Assembly (NCBI GenBank): GCA_043810925.1
Contig: JBDRNT010000101.1
Location: 1-17,514, forward strand
Length of the DNA stretch: 17,514 nt
Direction: 5' to 3'
Origin: Candidatus Eiseniibacteriota bacterium
GTDB taxonomy: Bacteria > Arandabacterota > Arandabacteria > Arandabacterales > Arandabacteraceae
Positions 16,322-17,514 of this stretch are shown piece by piece. A program made the translations under genes and the position numbers. The first letter of the stretch is position 1; each line of letters opens with the position of its first letter. The notes beneath the pieces were generated by a model, which was not told the DNA's origin, did not search any database, and saw nothing but the letters and a program-made list of their open reading frames with translations.

Positions 16322-16351
16322 AGGGTAACTGGGGAGGCTGGAGAATGTCAA
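16322..16351 (-). promoter_or_regulatory. Putative promoter for the 16211 gene
   Basis: Minus strand TTGACA (16351-16346), 18-bp spacer, TACCCT. Confidence 0.35.
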
Positions 16352-16375
16352 GTGTGATCCGTGGAACCCGCATTC

Positions 16376-16601
16376 CGCAGACCCGATTATGTCGAAATAG
16401 CCCTATACGGACGACCGCCGGAGATAGGGCCACTATCAGAGGGGGATTCACGCTTTCAGACATTGGAATGGCTCCCCGGGCTGCCATCCCAAAGCGTGGT
16501 TTTGTGGGATGTGGTTACCCTTGTGGCAAAACGGATAGCGCGGGGACTGCTAAGGTTGTCGCTTTCCTCCGAGGCCGTCGGGTTCCTGCGGTGCAGCTTA
16601 G
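16376..16601 (+). repeat. Copy 3 (longest) of dispersed recombinase-tail/att-like repeat
   Basis: RRPDYVEIALYGRPPEIGPLSEGDSRFQTLEWLPGLPSQSVVLWDVVTLVAKRIARGLLRLSL; ends in GCTTAG at nearly the same offset from WLPG as copy 2 (1-nt difference). Confidence 0.8.
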
Positions 16602-16618
16602 ATTATACGTCTCCTTGG

Positions 16619-16801
16619 CCGGATCTTCTCTTCCGGGGAGAACTTACGGCGGGTCTTACGCCTTATCTCGCGGACTACTGCTTCGGGGACTACGACTACC
16701 TTCCAAACTCATCTGCTACCTCCTTTCGCCCCTTTACGAGGCTACCAGAGTGCAGCCTAATTCAACACCTATTCGAGTACACCTTTATCTGACAGCGAGC
16801 A
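16619..16801 (-). mobile_element. IS3-family left end with truncated, frameshifted orfA
   Basis: Minus strand starts TGCTCGCTGTCAGATAAAGG (TG terminus), AAGGAGG RBS, ATG 16712: MSLEGSRSP, one extra C, then EAVVREIRRKTRRKFSPEEKIR, a typical IS3 OrfA N-terminus; the match stops abruptly. Confidence 0.8.
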
Positions 16802-16922
16802 ATGGACTACCTGGAGTTCATTGCCAGTCCACCACTCATATCGCAGACAAGGGACAGGGCCATGATCCGCTATTACGCCCTCTACTTGAATGCCCAAGGG
16901 GCAGAGAAAGGAAGGAGGTCAG
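16802..16922 (+). mobile_element. IS91-family (Y2/HUH) transposase C-terminal fragment, degenerate
   Basis: Across frameshifts reads MDYLEFIA / TTHIADKGQ / MIRYYALYLNA / GRERKEV, matching the LEFIARV..HIPDKGQ..VRYYGLYSN..RG motif. Confidence 0.75.
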
Positions 16923-16929
16923 GCCACAT

Positions 16930-17098
16930 AGGTCCCGCCCATCCCCCTCCACAACACCAACACGGGTGTTGCTTGAATGGACATCCAATCCACCGTATAA
17001 TCCCATGGGCACCTCCTTGGGTGATGGTTCATACCGAGCATTACAGCGACAACCTTCGCTTGAAATGCTCGGGAGGTGGCTCTCTATGATTATCAGGT
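16930..17098 (-). mobile_element. IS110-family left end with truncated DEDD transposase N-terminus
   Basis: Minus strand CTGATAATCATAGAGAGCCACCTCC, a stem-loop, AAGGAGG RBS, then ATG 17006: MGLYGGLDVHSSNTRVGVVEGDGR (first catalytic Asp motif Y.G.D.H). Confidence 0.75.
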
Positions 17099-17160
17099 CA
17101 GTTGATCTCGGAAAAAGTGACCCGGCCATCATAGCGATGACTGGCTTCCAATACAAGCAG

Positions 17161-17189
17161 TTGACACCATCATTGAATTTACTTACCAT
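17161..17189 (+). promoter_or_regulatory. Putative sigma70 promoter for the DUF5752-like gene
   Basis: TTGACA-17 bp-TACCAT. Confidence 0.6.
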
Positions 17190-17236
17190 CGTGGAACGAA
17201 AAGAGACCCGTTTACATTATTGGATCTTTTAAGATT

Positions 17237-17514
17237 ATGCCGAAAAAGAAGATAACTAGCGAACCCTTTGAGATCAAGGACTGCGCCCTTGCGGCAGTCG
17301 CGACCGGGCACAAGGCTCAGAACCTCAAGGATCTGCGTGATAGCATCGAGACTGTCGTGCCCGGCAGCATCGACTATCATTTCTGGGCCGGGAAACTGAG
17401 GCCCCGTTTCGACGACCCGGAGTTTAACAACGACTTTGCGGCCTGGTCGAGACACGCTCTCCACGACAAGGTCCTTGCCGAGCGGCTCGGGATGATCGAT
17501 CCCACCTCGTTCGA
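17237..17514 (+). CDS. DUF5752-like protein (often beside trehalose synthase/glycosyltransferase genes), partial, runs off the right edge
   Basis: Not in the ORF track. Reads MPKKKITSEPFEIKDCALAAVATGHKAQNLKDLRDSIETVVPGSIDYHFWAGKLRPRFDDPEFNNDFAAWSRHALHDKVLAERLGMIDPTSF with no stop; the SI.YHF, NDFA.W and LAERL..IDP motifs are recognisable. Confidence 0.8.
   Translation, partial: MPKKKITSEPFEIKDCALAAVATGHKAQNLKDLRDSIETVVPGSIDYHFWAGKLRPRFDDPEFNNDFAAWSRHALHDKVLAERLGMIDPTSF

Noticed and set aside
4904-16510. The three repeats as a CRISPR array, c-di-GMP riboswitches or intact tRNAs
   Set aside because: Spacing is kilobases and irregular, divergence is codon-like, there is no T-arm or cloverleaf beyond the 12-14 nt core, and the GEMM stem architecture is absent.
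16345-17232. ORFs of 295, 143, 95 and 117 aa in the ORF track
   Set aside because: Chance read-through across unrelated IS and recombinase fragments; only short segments are meaningful.
17183-17464. 93-aa minus-strand ORF
   Set aside because: Antisense to the DUF5752-like gene on the + strand.

Overview
GC-rich bacterial accessory region. Four secreted proteins end in an NP(F/L)...G(I/V)Y FlgD-Ig/T9SS-type C-terminal domain, which suggests an FCB-superphylum host (inference). From left to right: the 3' end and right inverted repeat of an IS4-family element, a MarC-family membrane protein, a truncated TPR gene, an amidohydrolase divergent from a sulfite-oxidase-family molybdoenzyme, two small hypothetical ORFs, a GT-C membrane glycosyltransferase, an M6 metalloprotease, an Asp-box beta-propeller protein, two uncharacterised secreted proteins, and the start of a DUF5752-like gene. 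Most genes have their own sigma70-like promoter. Features the ORF track does not show: (i) three degenerate, co-oriented copies of a coding-like gene end (WLPG..S.SV.LWD) at about 4.9, 14.6 and 16.5 kb, whose core resembles the reverse complement of a tRNA 3' end, possibly junction scars of tandemly accreted integrative islands; (ii) an approximately 700-bp stack of abutting recombinase-like, IS3, IS91 and IS110 fragments; (iii) LamG and MBL-fold pseudogene fragments. All family calls come from motif recognition by eye; no database searches were run.
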